This document shows positions 17,080 through 26,795 of a stretch of DNA of 64,000 bases, one piece after another. Made by a program: the position numbers and the translations under genes. Source of the stretch: an archaeon (GTDB taxonomy: Archaea; Asgardarchaeota; Thorarchaeia; Thorarchaeales; Thorarchaeaceae); contig JAJRWI010000033.1 in NCBI GenBank assembly GCA_024276825.1, positions 64,001-128,000 of the forward strand, read 5' to 3'. Each line of letters starts with the position of its first letter. Within the stretch, counting starts at the first letter, position 1. Below the pieces are notes generated by a model. It had not been told where the DNA came from, made no database searches, and saw only the letters and a program-made list of their open reading frames with translations.

Positions 17080-19110
17080 TTAATTTCTCTTCTTCTCAAA
17101 GGCCTCCTCCACCAATGATTCCACAAGTCCGTCTTCTGGAATGAATGGTAGTGTAATGTGGCCCTTTCCATCCATGGCCTTGTTCCAGTCAATCACAGTC
17201 TCAATTGCATGTTCGTTTCTTGCCCATGCTCTTCTAGCGACGCCGCCCATAACATCCCAGTCAAGAGCCGACCTTATGATACGGTCAACTCGTTCGCTGC
17301 CATCAAGGACCAGTCCAAACCCCCCGTTGATTGCCTTACCTGTTCCCACACCTCCTCCATTGGAAAGGACTGCCATAGTCATTCCCCTAGCAATATTTCC
17401 TGCCCAACACTGGTGAGCCATGTCACTTGTTATATTACTCCCATCATAGATGTTGGAGGTCTCTCTGAATGGTGAATCAGTTCCTCCAGTATCATGGTGG
17501 TCTCTTCCAAGCATCACGGGTCCTATCTTGCCTTCTCGCACCAGCTTGTTGAATGCCAAGGCTATCTTCATACGACCCTGTGCATCAGCATACAGGATTC
17601 TTGCCTGTGACCCCACAACTAGGTTGTTCTTCTCCGCATCACGAATCCAGATGTAGTTGTCACGATCTTGTCCTCTCCTAGTGGGATCAATGCATTCCAT
17701 GGCTGCCTTGTCAGTCGTTATTAGGTCTTCGTGCTTTCCGCTGAGACACACCCATCTGAAGGGTCCATAGCCGTAGTCGAAACAGATTGGTCCCATTATA
17801 TCCTCCACATAGCTTGGGAAGATGAAACCATCCGATGTGTCCTTGCCATTCTTTGCTATCTCTCTCACACCGGCATCAAATACAGCCTTCATGAAGGAGT
17901 TTCCATAGTCCCAGAAGAATGTTCCACGCTCTGTCATTGCTCGTATCAGTTCGAACTGCTTACGTAACGACTTGTCAATGAGTTTCTTGAACTCTTCGTG
18001 GTCCCTCCTCAGGAGTTCTCTACCCTCTTCAAATGTGACTCCCTGTGGTGTGTATCCACCATCATAGACATCATGACAAGATGTCTGGTCCGATGCCAAC
18101 TCTATCTTGATGTCATTGTCATAGACATATTGCCATAGATCTACAATGTTTCCATAATAGCCAATGGACACAGGCTGCCCGTTCGTACGATACTCATCTA
18201 CCCACTCAAATATCTCATCAAGGTCGTCAGACCACTTGCTGAGCCAGCCCTGCTCAATCCTAGTGTCAATTCTGCTCTTGTCCACTTCAGCAATGACTCC
18301 GATTCCTCCCGCAATCTCAACTGCTTTGGCCTGTGCACCACTCATACCCCCAAGACCAGATGTCAGATAGACCTTTCCAGACAAATCCTTGTCCTCTGGT
18401 ATTCCCAAATAGAGTCTGCCTGCATTAAGGAGCGTTATATATGTTCCATGAACGATTCCCTGAGGCCCTATGTACATCCAACCTCCAGCTGTCATCTGGC
18501 CATAGTTGGCTACTCCCATTGCTGTGGCTCTGTGAAAGTCCTCTGGCGTATCAAACATTCCCACCATCAGACCGTTAGTTGAGATGACTCTTGGAGCATT
18601 CCTGTGCGATGGAAACAGTCCAACAGGATGACCAGAACTCACAACAAGTGTCTGCTCCTCATTCATAACCTCAAGATACATTTTTATCAAACGATATTCT
18701 AACCAATTGTTACAAACCTGGCCACTCTCGCCGTACGTCACGAGCTCATAAGGGTAGAGAGCAACATCAAAGTCCAGATTATTGTCGATCATGACCTGAA
18801 TGGCCCGCGCCTCAAGGATTCCTCTATACTCATCCACAGGCTTAGCTTTGATGGCCCCAGGAGGTCGATAGCGGTAGGCATAGATTCTGCCTCGAGTCAT
18901 TAACTCCTCAAGGAACTCAGGGGCTAGCTTCTCATGCAGCTCATTGGGGACATATCTGAGTGCATTCTTCAGTGCAGTCACTGTGTCATGATAATTCAGT
19001 GTGAATCCTCTGTTTGGGGCACGTCTGTACTTGGGATCAAATTCAGGATACGGAGGTAATTCTTTAGGGAGCTTGATAGTCATGGCTCTGGAAACATCTA
19101 GTTTCATCAT
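17080..19110 (-). CDS. hutU: Urocanate hydratase, long (eukaryote-like, ~676 aa) type
   Basis: YGQMTAGGWMYIGPQGIVHGT, GLGGMSGAQ, SDQTSCH, GRDHHD; ATG at 19110. Confidence 0.96.
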   Translation of the reverse strand: MMKLDVSRAMTIKLPKELPPYPEFDPKYRRAPNRGFTLNYHDTVTALKNALRYVPNELHEKLAPEFLEELMTRGRIYAYRYRPPGAIKAKPVDEYRGILEARAIQVMIDNNLDFDVALYPYELVTYGESGQVCNNWLEYRLIKMYLEVMNEEQTLVVSSGHPVGLFPSHRNAPRVISTNGLMVGMFDTPEDFHRATAMGVANYGQMTAGGWMYIGPQGIVHGTYITLLNAGRLYLGIPEDKDLSGKVYLTSGLGGMSGAQAKAVEIAGGIGVIAEVDKSRIDTRIEQGWLSKWSDDLDEIFEWVDEYRTNGQPVSIGYYGNIVDLWQYVYDNDIKIELASDQTSCHDVYDGGYTPQGVTFEEGRELLRRDHEEFKKLIDKSLRKQFELIRAMTERGTFFWDYGNSFMKAVFDAGVREIAKNGKDTSDGFIFPSYVEDIMGPICFDYGYGPFRWVCLSGKHEDLITTDKAAMECIDPTRRGQDRDNYIWIRDAEKNNLVVGSQARILYADAQGRMKIALAFNKLVREGKIGPVMLGRDHHDTGGTDSPFRETSNIYDGSNITSDMAHQCWAGNIARGMTMAVLSNGGGVGTGKAINGGFGLVLDGSERVDRIIRSALDWDVMGGVARRAWARNEHAIETVIDWNKAMDGKGHITLPFIPEDGLVESLVEEAFEKKRN

Positions 19111-19168
19111 ACCACTTCCAATCACTTTTGACTCAGTAATTGGATTTATGCATTCCGAAATAATATGA

Positions 19169-19747
19169 CTAGATTGCCACAACTGGAGTACGTTCGGGCT
19201 TCCAACCCAGTCGTTTCGCCTTTTGAAAGGCCTCACTTGCCTCTTTGTACTTTCCAATGATCCACAGGACAAGTCGTAGCTTGTACCATGCATCTGGATC
19301 TTCGGGATTGGCCTTTACCTCTGCCTTCGCTGCCTTCTCATACTTCTTGTATTCCTTGATCTCTTTCTTACGCTCTTTCAATGTGGTCCGCAAGACACTA
19401 AATACATAATCTGGCTGACGATTGAAGACAAAATTCATGAACTCATTGGGTCTTCCCTTCGCAAACCGTGTGAATATTGTCCTTGGAGTGTCGGAAGTCT
19501 TGCTTATCTCCCCCTGCAAAAGTTGACGTTCATAATCATGCTGCAAGAAGTCCAAGAACTCCTTCATATGGAAAGTTATAGGATCATCCAGTCCACGTCC
19601 GCGCTCACAGCAGTTATACTCAAAGTAGACAAGGTTCGTTCCAACATCATAAGTGACACTTGGGGTCGCACCAATTTTTTTCAGATCCTCAATTACATCC
19701 CGCACCCTGTAACTTTTTCTCTGTTTCAGCCTGACCTCCATATCCAA
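19169..19747 (-). CDS. Protein with a C-terminal TPR-like motif
   Basis: NPEDPDAWYKLRLVLWIIGKYKEASEAFQKA. Confidence 0.7.
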   Translation of the reverse strand: MDMEVRLKQRKSYRVRDVIEDLKKIGATPSVTYDVGTNLVYFEYNCCERGRGLDDPITFHMKEFLDFLQHDYERQLLQGEISKTSDTPRTIFTRFAKGRPNEFMNFVFNRQPDYVFSVLRTTLKERKKEIKEYKKYEKAAKAEVKANPEDPDAWYKLRLVLWIIGKYKEASEAFQKAKRLGWKPERTPVVAI

Positions 19748-19812
19748 ACAACTCTCCTCATTTTGACGAGACCTCTATTAATAATATAACAACTTGCTGA
19801 TAAATGAATTTG

Positions 19813-20583
19813 CTAGAAGGGAAGATCCCATAGCATCCATTGGGGCATTGCCAAAAACAAGTGCGCATATATCATAATCAGAAGAATGCCTATTGATAGA
19901 ATGGTCAGTGCCCAGTCTTGCTTTCTAAATACAAGTTCTTCCAAGTATGTACGGTCATCAGTGGCACCGAACCCTCTCGACTCCATACTCTCAGCAATGG
20001 ACAGAGCCCTTCTGATTGATACTATGATCAATGGAACGATTATCGGGACTATATTCCTAATCCTCTTTAACAGATTGCCCTTGTCAAGTTCAACGCCCCG
20101 TGCTCTCTGGGCATCCATAATGGCATACGCCTCATATCCTAATGTTGGAACATATCGCATGGCCATGCTCATTGCGAATGCGAACTCAAACCTGATGCCC
20201 ATCTGAATCATTGCCTGTGAGAGCTCATCTGGGTGCACGGTGAGGAAGAACACAGAGAACGAGGTCATTATGCAGATCAGTCTGAGAGCGAGAGCAAGAG
20301 AGTGTGAGAACGGGTTCTCTGTGGTGGAGATCAGTGTGTTTATGATGAGAATAAAAACGATGAGGACCGAGAGGCCTCTCATTGACCTTAGCCATCTTCT
20401 GAACGATTTGGCTGCAATGATAATGGGTATTAATGATGCCAAGATGATCAGGAGGGGGATTATGCTTAGAAACATTATTGATACGGTGGCAAACATGATG
20501 GACATGACAAGCTTTGACCTAGGGTCCAATCGATGAATCATAGAATCCTGCTTGATGTATTGAAATATCTCAAGAAACGAAAT
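19813..20583 (-). CDS. ecfT: ECF transporter transmembrane T component
   Basis: HRLDPRSKL, AQRARG, MESRGF. The conserved FQY..DS lies upstream of ATG 20541, so a start at ATT 20583 is inferred. Confidence 0.92.
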   Translation of the reverse strand: MSFLEIFQYIKQDSMIHRLDPRSKLVMSIMFATVSIMFLSIIPLLIILASLIPIIIAAKSFRRWLRSMRGLSVLIVFILIINTLISTTENPFSHSLALALRLICIMTSFSVFFLTVHPDELSQAMIQMGIRFEFAFAMSMAMRYVPTLGYEAYAIMDAQRARGVELDKGNLLKRIRNIVPIIVPLIIVSIRRALSIAESMESRGFGATDDRTYLEELVFRKQDWALTILSIGILLIMIYAHLFLAMPQWMLWDLPF

Positions 20584-20585
20584 CT

Positions 20586-21410
20586 CTATCGCCCCCCTAC
20601 TATCTTGATTATGGTTTCGACAATATCGTTGACCGATGTCTGCCTTACGGAAACTCCATCAAACATCTCCGATAACGCTCTTACTGCTTGAGTCATCTGC
20701 GGGTATGTCAGCGAGCACTTCTGTATCACATCATCATTGCTGAGGACTGATGTTGTTGGACCGTCTGCAATTATCCTCCCGTCCGACATTGCAATAGTCC
20801 TTGGGAAATAATTGATTACAAACTCGATGTCATGGGTGACAACAATTACCGTTCTACCCTCTCGGTTCATCTCAAATAACATCTCAGCAAGACGTTCCTT
20901 TTGTCTTGCATCCTGCCCAATCGTAGGCTCGTCCAAGGCCAGTACTTGAGGTCCAGTTGCAAGAACAGAAGCGAGAGCGACACGCTTCCTCTCTCCTCCT
21001 GACAATGTGAATGGAGACCTCTCTGCCAAGTCTGCCAGCCCCAATCTCTCAAGGGTGGTATTACATCTCTCAGTGATCTCATTGGAAGGATACCCAAGAC
21101 TCTTCAGGCTGAACTCTACCTCTTTTCTACAACTCTCTAGAAAGAGCTGATGGTCGGGGTTCTGGAAGACAAGACCTACTATTCGTGATATCTCTGCTAC
21201 CGACATTTTCGCTGTATCTTGCCCTTTGATAAACACATGCCCCTTTTGAGGACGTAGCAGACCGTTGAAGTGCTTGATCAATGTAGTCTTTCCAGCACCA
21301 TTATTTCCCATTATTGCTACTAACTCCCCTGCATCAATCTGTAATGAAACCCCCCTCAATGCAGTATATATTCCATCATATGAATAATGGACATTGTCAA
21401 GAATTATCAT
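20586..21410 (-). CDS. ecfA2: ECF transporter ATPase
   Basis: GNNGAGKTT, FQNPDHQ, LSGGERKR, LDEPT. Confidence 0.92.
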   Translation of the reverse strand: MIILDNVHYSYDGIYTALRGVSLQIDAGELVAIMGNNGAGKTTLIKHFNGLLRPQKGHVFIKGQDTAKMSVAEISRIVGLVFQNPDHQLFLESCRKEVEFSLKSLGYPSNEITERCNTTLERLGLADLAERSPFTLSGGERKRVALASVLATGPQVLALDEPTIGQDARQKERLAEMLFEMNREGRTVIVVTHDIEFVINYFPRTIAMSDGRIIADGPTTSVLSNDDVIQKCSLTYPQMTQAVRALSEMFDGVSVRQTSVNDIVETIIKIVGGR

Positions 21411-22255
21411 TCTGCCACCTCCTGCACCAACGTGGCAAGCTCTTGACCAGTAAGTGGTACACCGGGAAGTCTGATCCCTCTCTCTATGAGTTCCCTGTAG
21501 ACTTCAACCGCCTTGGGTACTCCCACTCCTATCTCATGACAGATGTCTTTAACAAGCACCTCCCGCGGTGGACCATCCACTACAATTTGTCCTTTGTCCA
21601 TCAGAATGACTCGTGTTGCGTCCTTTGCAACGAGATCCAAGCGATGTTCAACAAGGACGACCGTCATCCCCTTCTCCTTATTCAAATATGCGATTATTTC
21701 AAGTATTTTCTCGGCACTCTGTGGGTCAAGGTTTGAAGTAGGTTCATCAGCCACAAGTATCTCGGGCTTCAAGGACAATGCTGCAGCCATTGCCACACGC
21801 TGTTGTTCCCCGCCACTCATCTCATGTGGGTGTTTCTCTCTCAGGCTCTTGAGGTCAAGAAGGTCAATTATCTCCTCTATTCTTCTTCGTATTTCAACGG
21901 GTTCAACACCCAAATTCTCAGGGCCAAATGCTAGTTCCTTCTCCACATTGAGTGTGACAAGCTGATTCTCAGGATTCTGGAACACCATTCCCACAAGAGA
22001 TGCAAAGTCCGAAACCCCATGTTCCCTTGTGTCCATCCCATTGACATACACATGCCCACCGATATACCCTCTATGAAACTGCGGTATCAATGCATTGATT
22101 GCCCTACACAATGTTGTCTTTCCACATCCAGATGGGCCTGTGATCACTACATACTCCCCTCGGTCAATAGTGAGTGAGACCTTGTTCAATGCTAGTTTTT
22201 CAGTCCCATAATATTTGAAACTGAAATTGTCGAATCTTATGAGTCCCATAATCAA
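21407..22255 (-). CDS. ecfA1: ECF transporter ATPase
   Basis: GPSGCGKTT, FQNPENQ, MSGGEQQR, ADEPT. Confidence 0.92.
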   Translation of the reverse strand: MIMGLIRFDNFSFKYYGTEKLALNKVSLTIDRGEYVVITGPSGCGKTTLCRAINALIPQFHRGYIGGHVYVNGMDTREHGVSDFASLVGMVFQNPENQLVTLNVEKELAFGPENLGVEPVEIRRRIEEIIDLLDLKSLREKHPHEMSGGEQQRVAMAAALSLKPEILVADEPTSNLDPQSAEKILEIIAYLNKEKGMTVVLVEHRLDLVAKDATRVILMDKGQIVVDGPPREVLVKDICHEIGVGVPKAVEVYRELIERGIRLPGVPLTGQELATLVQEVAE

Positions 22256-23248
22256 TCACTCACTAGATGTCTTTCTAGCCAATGCCTTTCTTATCAGGTC
22301 TACTGCTTTTTCCAATGCCTTATCCCGGTTTTTCTTACCATTGGCTCCTGCTGCGTTTGAGTGCCCCCCACCAACACCCCCAATGAAGTTTCCTATGGGC
22401 TCCATGATATCTCTGCCCAGATTGATACCCGTTTCATTCGAGAACTGCATAGTGCTTCTTGCACTCAATCTGACTACACCTTTTGACGGCCTTCCACCGA
22501 CAATAGCAACATCTGCTCCAAGGTCTATAAATGCACGACATGCACTGGCTTCGAAAGCATTGATTTTTGAGGTGACTATTATCCAGTCATCTATGAGGTG
22601 TAGTTCAAGACGCGATGCGGCCTTGAGTCGGGCTATTTTCTCTGACCTGTCTGGTTTTATCATTAGTGCTTCGATGCATCGCGAATAGTCTGCACCTGCC
22701 TTCATGAGGTTCAATACTGTTTTGACAGTATTCATGGTACAATAGATGAATCTGCGTGTGTCAAACAGCATTCCCACGAGAAGTAGGTTTGCAATCTGTT
22801 CGGTCATGGGGATGTTATACTTGTCAAAGAGCTCGACCATGATCTCACAAGTTGATGACTTACTCGAGTCGGTGACTCCATACTTTGCCAGTGAAGAGAG
22901 CTCCGTGTTGTCCTCATGGTGGTCAATCACTAGAGTCTGTTCTGGGTCTATAGCAACCTCCATGAAATTCAACCCTAGTTGCGACTTGCTGTTCGTGTCT
23001 ACTATCACAAGGAATGTGTAATCACTAACTATCTCCGATGCAATCTCCACTTCAGGTGCAAGATCATTCATTACCTTATTTGACAATCTACTAACATCAT
23101 CACAGACTAGGAGGACCTCACCATTTGGATTGAATCCTTTATACATGGCCCTGAATGCTAACATGGCACAGACTGCATCGGGGTCCGCATTGTGGTGACC
23201 CATGATGAGTATTTTGTCATGTTTCGAAAGCAGGGCACGCAAGTTCAA
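22256..23248 (-). CDS. DHH/DHHA1 phosphoesterase
   Basis: HHNADPDA, IVDT, IDHH, DT, GGGHSNAAG. Confidence 0.92.
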   Translation of the reverse strand: MNLRALLSKHDKILIMGHHNADPDAVCAMLAFRAMYKGFNPNGEVLLVCDDVSRLSNKVMNDLAPEVEIASEIVSDYTFLVIVDTNSKSQLGLNFMEVAIDPEQTLVIDHHEDNTELSSLAKYGVTDSSKSSTCEIMVELFDKYNIPMTEQIANLLLVGMLFDTRRFIYCTMNTVKTVLNLMKAGADYSRCIEALMIKPDRSEKIARLKAASRLELHLIDDWIIVTSKINAFEASACRAFIDLGADVAIVGGRPSKGVVRLSARSTMQFSNETGINLGRDIMEPIGNFIGGVGGGHSNAAGANGKKNRDKALEKAVDLIRKALARKTSSE

Positions 23249-23553
23249 CTATTCTTCATCTCCAAAAGTCGCATCTCAAGCCAGTTAACACCATGAGCAA
23301 TGGCATCTTCTATCAGTTGATTAAGATCATCAATAGTGGCATACTTTTGAGAAACCATGACATCCAGCTCAACATCGAGCTGTTCTGACAATTGCAATGT
23401 GCAAATCACACTCAAGTCCTCTATACTCTTTTCTGTCAGCCTTTCAAGAAGGTATTCAGTAACCTCCCGCTCACAGGCCTCGGTGAGTTCTTCAATACGG
23501 TCCTCCGATATCTCAGGAAGACCAATCTCAAGAACAGGTGTCATTATGCTCAC
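23245..23553 (-). CDS. DUF3194-like small acidic protein
   Basis: IGLPEISEDRIEEL...; conserved position after prefoldin beta. Confidence 0.7.
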   Translation of the reverse strand: MSIMTPVLEIGLPEISEDRIEELTEACEREVTEYLLERLTEKSIEDLSVICTLQLSEQLDVELDVMVSQKYATIDDLNQLIEDAIAHGVNWLEMRLLEMKNS

Positions 23554-23912
23554 TGAACCCTTAGGTTATGCTTGCTCAACTCAACCTGTATCTTGGTCTG
23601 TTGCTCCTTCAACTTCTCTGTCAAGGACTCCAACTGCTTCTTTTTTGAGGCAAGAGCAATCTCAAGAGTCTTCTCGCGATCAGTGAGTTCTTCTACAATC
23701 GTTCCTTTCTCAATCTTGAACATCACTTGTCCAACGGACTTGTAGGTCACAACATCATCGGGTTGCTTTCCAAGCTCCTCAAGCGTTGCTTTTACCTCAT
23801 TCAGCTCCTGTTGCATAGTCTGAATCATCATCTGTAAGGTCTCATGATTGCGACGTAGGTTCTCAAACTTCTGGAGTTCTTGCTCTAAACTGGGTGGTAT
23901 TGTCTGGGCCAT
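23550..23912 (-). CDS. pfdB: Prefoldin beta subunit
   Basis: Coiled coil - YKSVGQVMFK hairpin - coiled coil. Confidence 0.92.
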   Translation of the reverse strand: MAQTIPPSLEQELQKFENLRRNHETLQMMIQTMQQELNEVKATLEELGKQPDDVVTYKSVGQVMFKIEKGTIVEELTDREKTLEIALASKKKQLESLTEKLKEQQTKIQVELSKHNLRVQ

Positions 23913-23969
23913 TTAACAAACCTCCAAAGATATGGAATGTCGGTCTGCTGTTGCCTTTTTAGTCTTGGC

Positions 23970-24239
23970 TTAAGGATTTTGGCCTGTGACAAAGTCTGTT
24001 GTCTGCTTGCAACTCCATGCCCATGAGAGATACGAGTTCATTGCCGCCCTGAGCGCTGTCAGATCTCCTGCATGTATCGTGATAAATAATGTGGCCCCCT
24101 CCACCCGTATCTCCACTCTCGCCCTGTCTGTGGGGGAGGAAGTGGTTTCAGGTATGAGAGCATTTTTAATTATCTCTGCGGTTTCTTTAGTGTCAACACA
24201 AATTGTGATGGTTGCACTAATTTCAATAATCTTGTTCAC
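23970..24239 (-). CDS. pcc1: KEOPS complex subunit Pcc1
   Basis: ALIPE...DRARVEI...IHAGDLTALRAAMNSYLSW; GTG start after GAGGT. Confidence 0.9.
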   Translation of the reverse strand: MNKIIEISATITICVDTKETAEIIKNALIPETTSSPTDRARVEIRVEGATLFITIHAGDLTALRAAMNSYLSWAWSCKQTTDFVTGQNP

Positions 24240-24249
24240 AACAATACCT

Positions 24250-24705
24250 CTAAATCTCTCTTCTTGTTGCGCGATGGACCGACCCACAATTAGGACACTT
24301 GAATTGCATTGGCCCGACCCACTCCACGTCTTCCATAGCTAGAGGTGCACCGCAAGTACTGCACTCTGTGGAAATATCAATCACAGATGTCGAATCTCCT
24401 GCTTCATGTATGACCTCTGAATACTCTATTCTTGAAGGAGGTACTGACAATTGACCGAGTTTTCCAGTTGCTAATCCTATGAACAGAAGCGCGACAAACC
24501 CCGCGAATGCAAATGGGGCTATGATGCTAAGATATTCAGATGGTTCAGCTGGAAATGGTGAGTTGATGATGTATTGTATGCTAATTATTCCCACAATAAC
24601 AGGAAATCCAACAAATATCAATGTCAGACAACAACATATTAGATATTCAAAAGTAGTCTTTGGTCTATTGTTTCTCTGCAAGACTCTTTTCACACTCCTT
24701 CTCAC
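24250..24705 (-). CDS. Two-TM membrane protein with C-terminal zinc ribbon
   Basis: Two hydrophobic helices; CSTCGAPL...CPNCGS. Confidence 0.75.
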   Translation of the reverse strand: MRRSVKRVLQRNNRPKTTFEYLICCCLTLIFVGFPVIVGIISIQYIINSPFPAEPSEYLSIIAPFAFAGFVALLFIGLATGKLGQLSVPPSRIEYSEVIHEAGDSTSVIDISTECSTCGAPLAMEDVEWVGPMQFKCPNCGSVHRATRREI

Positions 24706-24856
24706 ATGGCCTGCGTGAGAAATGATTATTTAAAACCTTCCTTGAAATTAATGATGGATTTAATAAAATTCTGTCAGTAGATATTAGCGGCTTCTATTTC
24801 TTTTTACGAACTGAGCGTCTGAAACATCATATTTCCCTTCCTGTTATGCGATTGTG

Positions 24857-25423
24857 CTATTCCATTATGATTGATCTAATTCGTACTCTTGGCCCTATTT
24901 CCGCCCCATCTTTTGTCTGATAGCATGTCCACAATGTCTTGTTTTTTTCTGTGTCTCGAAACCAGAATATTACCTTGTTTTGTTCCAACTCAAGTTGTGG
25001 AATTTTTTCAACTTCTTTCAACCTCATATCGACCAGTGCTGCAATGAAACCTGCCACAAGTCTGGTATTATTTGAAACACTTGATTGAAGATACACTCCC
25101 TCTAGACCATGAACCCTTGTTTTTGGTCCACGATATATCTCCCGTTTCAGTGCGGCACTCTCAATAAACAGGACCATCTGCTCTTTTCCATCTGGAGTAA
25201 CAAAACGAATGCGACCAGGATTTCCCTTATGAATGGTTACAACAAGTACTGCTTTGGCATTGACACTTCGAGCTCTGGCAAGCACCTCATCAAGGCTAAG
25301 ACCTCCCCTAGTCAGTCTGATTACATTTGGAAAAACAATGCAGAGCTCGCGAACAAATGATCTTACCCTGTTTGATGTCCTGCGTGATGTTGTTATCACC
25401 AGCCGTGGGATTGAGCTGTTCAA
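24857..25423 (-). CDS. Brix-domain ribosome biogenesis protein (archaeal Imp4-like)
   Basis: ITTSRRTSNRVRSF, RGGLSL, KGNPG, EIGPRVRI. Confidence 0.88.
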   Translation of the reverse strand: MNSSIPRLVITTSRRTSNRVRSFVRELCIVFPNVIRLTRGGLSLDEVLARARSVNAKAVLVVTIHKGNPGRIRFVTPDGKEQMVLFIESAALKREIYRGPKTRVHGLEGVYLQSSVSNNTRLVAGFIAALVDMRLKEVEKIPQLELEQNKVIFWFRDTEKNKTLWTCYQTKDGAEIGPRVRIRSIIME

Positions 25424-25442
25424 CAGAGCTCCACTCTATTGA

Positions 25443-25826
25443 TTATTCCTCACCATCTGACTCATCACTGTCGACTGCAATAATGACTGGTTCTTCAGAG
25501 CCAGATGACTCAGGGGTGGTTTCCTCGATCTCTTCCTCTTCATCACGAAGTGCCAAAAAGTCACCCGCGATGCGTTGTGCAATAGTTCTTCTTGCAGCTC
25601 TTCCAGCATCAGTATATGGGACATATGCCCCTCCAGCAAACAGGAGACCACACTTTCGACATCTCCAGAGTCCAGCAGCCTCTCTCTGAAGTGCACGAGT
25701 AGCACAAGATGGACATCTATGTTTCTCATGACGCCGCCTTTCGATATCAAGGACTCTGCGTCTTAATTTGGCACCATATCTTGCGCCAAAGCGTCCAGTG
25801 CTTCCAACTTTTTTGGTTCTTGCCAT
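25443..25826 (-). CDS. rpl37ae: 50S ribosomal protein L37ae (eL43) with acidic C-terminal extension
   Basis: RTKKVGSTGRFGARYG, CPSC, GLWRCRKC, GGAYVP. Confidence 0.96.
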   Translation of the reverse strand: MARTKKVGSTGRFGARYGAKLRRRVLDIERRRHEKHRCPSCATRALQREAAGLWRCRKCGLLFAGGAYVPYTDAGRAARRTIAQRIAGDFLALRDEEEEIEETTPESSGSEEPVIIAVDSDESDGEE

Positions 25827-25930
25827 CTCAATGGTCTCCTTATATGAATACGACTTCACCTGTTGAGAATAGTCTTCTAGTGAACTCTTAGTGTCGCCTG
25901 ATTATTTCACTTATTAGCCTATCTGTCTGG

Positions 25931-25938
25931 AAAAAAAA
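25931..25938 (-). terminator. Oligo-T archaeal terminator downstream of rrp42
   Basis: T8 run on the minus strand about 20 nt after the rrp42 stop. Confidence 0.45.
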
Positions 25939-25958
25939 TGATGATGAGAGATAGATGC

Positions 25959-26792
25959 TTACGCATTCTCTCTCTCTTTGGCGGTGCTTCTGATGAGTTC
26001 GCGAATGTCCTTTGCACTTGCAATAGCCATATCCATTGATCGCTCGATTTGCTCAAGGGTCATTGGTCCTGAACCGCCTCCCTTTTGCATAGCAGTCAAG
26101 TTGTCATTCTCATCAATAGCTATTGTCAGACGGCAGTCTTGAACGAACTCTTCCTTTAGTAATGGGTCCACAATAAGATAGTCGTCAATCTTTGCTATGG
26201 TACACTCAATTGACAGGTTCTTCAATGGCACTGGTATCCTATTTCCTGTTGGGACTGCTTCATCATTCTCCCATTTATACTCATCGAACTTTGCTGTTAT
26301 CAGTGCCGCATTAGCGGCAATTGATGCTGCATCAATGAGGTTTCCATCAAACTCCAATGCATAGATGTCTACAAACACCATGTAGACCATCTTGCCTGGT
26401 TCAACCACAAGCTGTTTCACATCAACTGTTTCTGACTCTCGAACACCACGGTCAACAACACGAGCAAGCTCGATTGCGTCCTCCTTGGGGGGCCCCAATT
26501 CAAATAGGGGTGATGCGATTGGTGGCATCTCAGCAGTGATCATGGTGACGCCTTCATCAGGTGTGTCAGGATATGGCTCTCCCAAGACGACCTTCACTCC
26601 GGCAATGACACTGGTGGCTCCCATTCGAACAAGGGCAGAGCCCTCAGCCTTTGCAGCCACAATGTCATATTCTATCTCAATCGGTCTGTACTCATCAAAC
26701 CTGCGGCCATCGATTCGTTCACCGCGAGAGAGCAACTCCTTGATATGATTCCTATCAATATGACTGATAATTTCAGCACTATAGTCACCCAT
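25959..26792 (-). CDS. rrp42: Exosome subunit Rrp42
   Basis: RIDGRRFDEYRPI, AEGSALV, ELARVVDRGVRES, DGNLIDA. Confidence 0.95.
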   Translation of the reverse strand: MGDYSAEIISHIDRNHIKELLSRGERIDGRRFDEYRPIEIEYDIVAAKAEGSALVRMGATSVIAGVKVVLGEPYPDTPDEGVTMITAEMPPIASPLFELGPPKEDAIELARVVDRGVRESETVDVKQLVVEPGKMVYMVFVDIYALEFDGNLIDAASIAANAALITAKFDEYKWENDEAVPTGNRIPVPLKNLSIECTIAKIDDYLIVDPLLKEEFVQDCRLTIAIDENDNLTAMQKGGGSGPMTLEQIERSMDMAIASAKDIRELIRSTAKERENA

Positions 26793-26795
26793 AGT

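Noticed and set aside
19111-19293. N-terminal 61-aa extension of HutU in the ORF track
   Set aside because: It overlaps the TPR gene in another frame; ATG 19110 gives the normal family length. Similar over-extensions were trimmed for pcc1, the radical SAM gene, the nuoI/nuoH-like genes and the wHTH gene.
24250-24370. Zinc ribbon as a displaced RpoP (Rpo12)
   Set aside because: It is fused to two TM helices and lacks the RILxKxR tail of Rpo12; a generic Zn ribbon is more likely.
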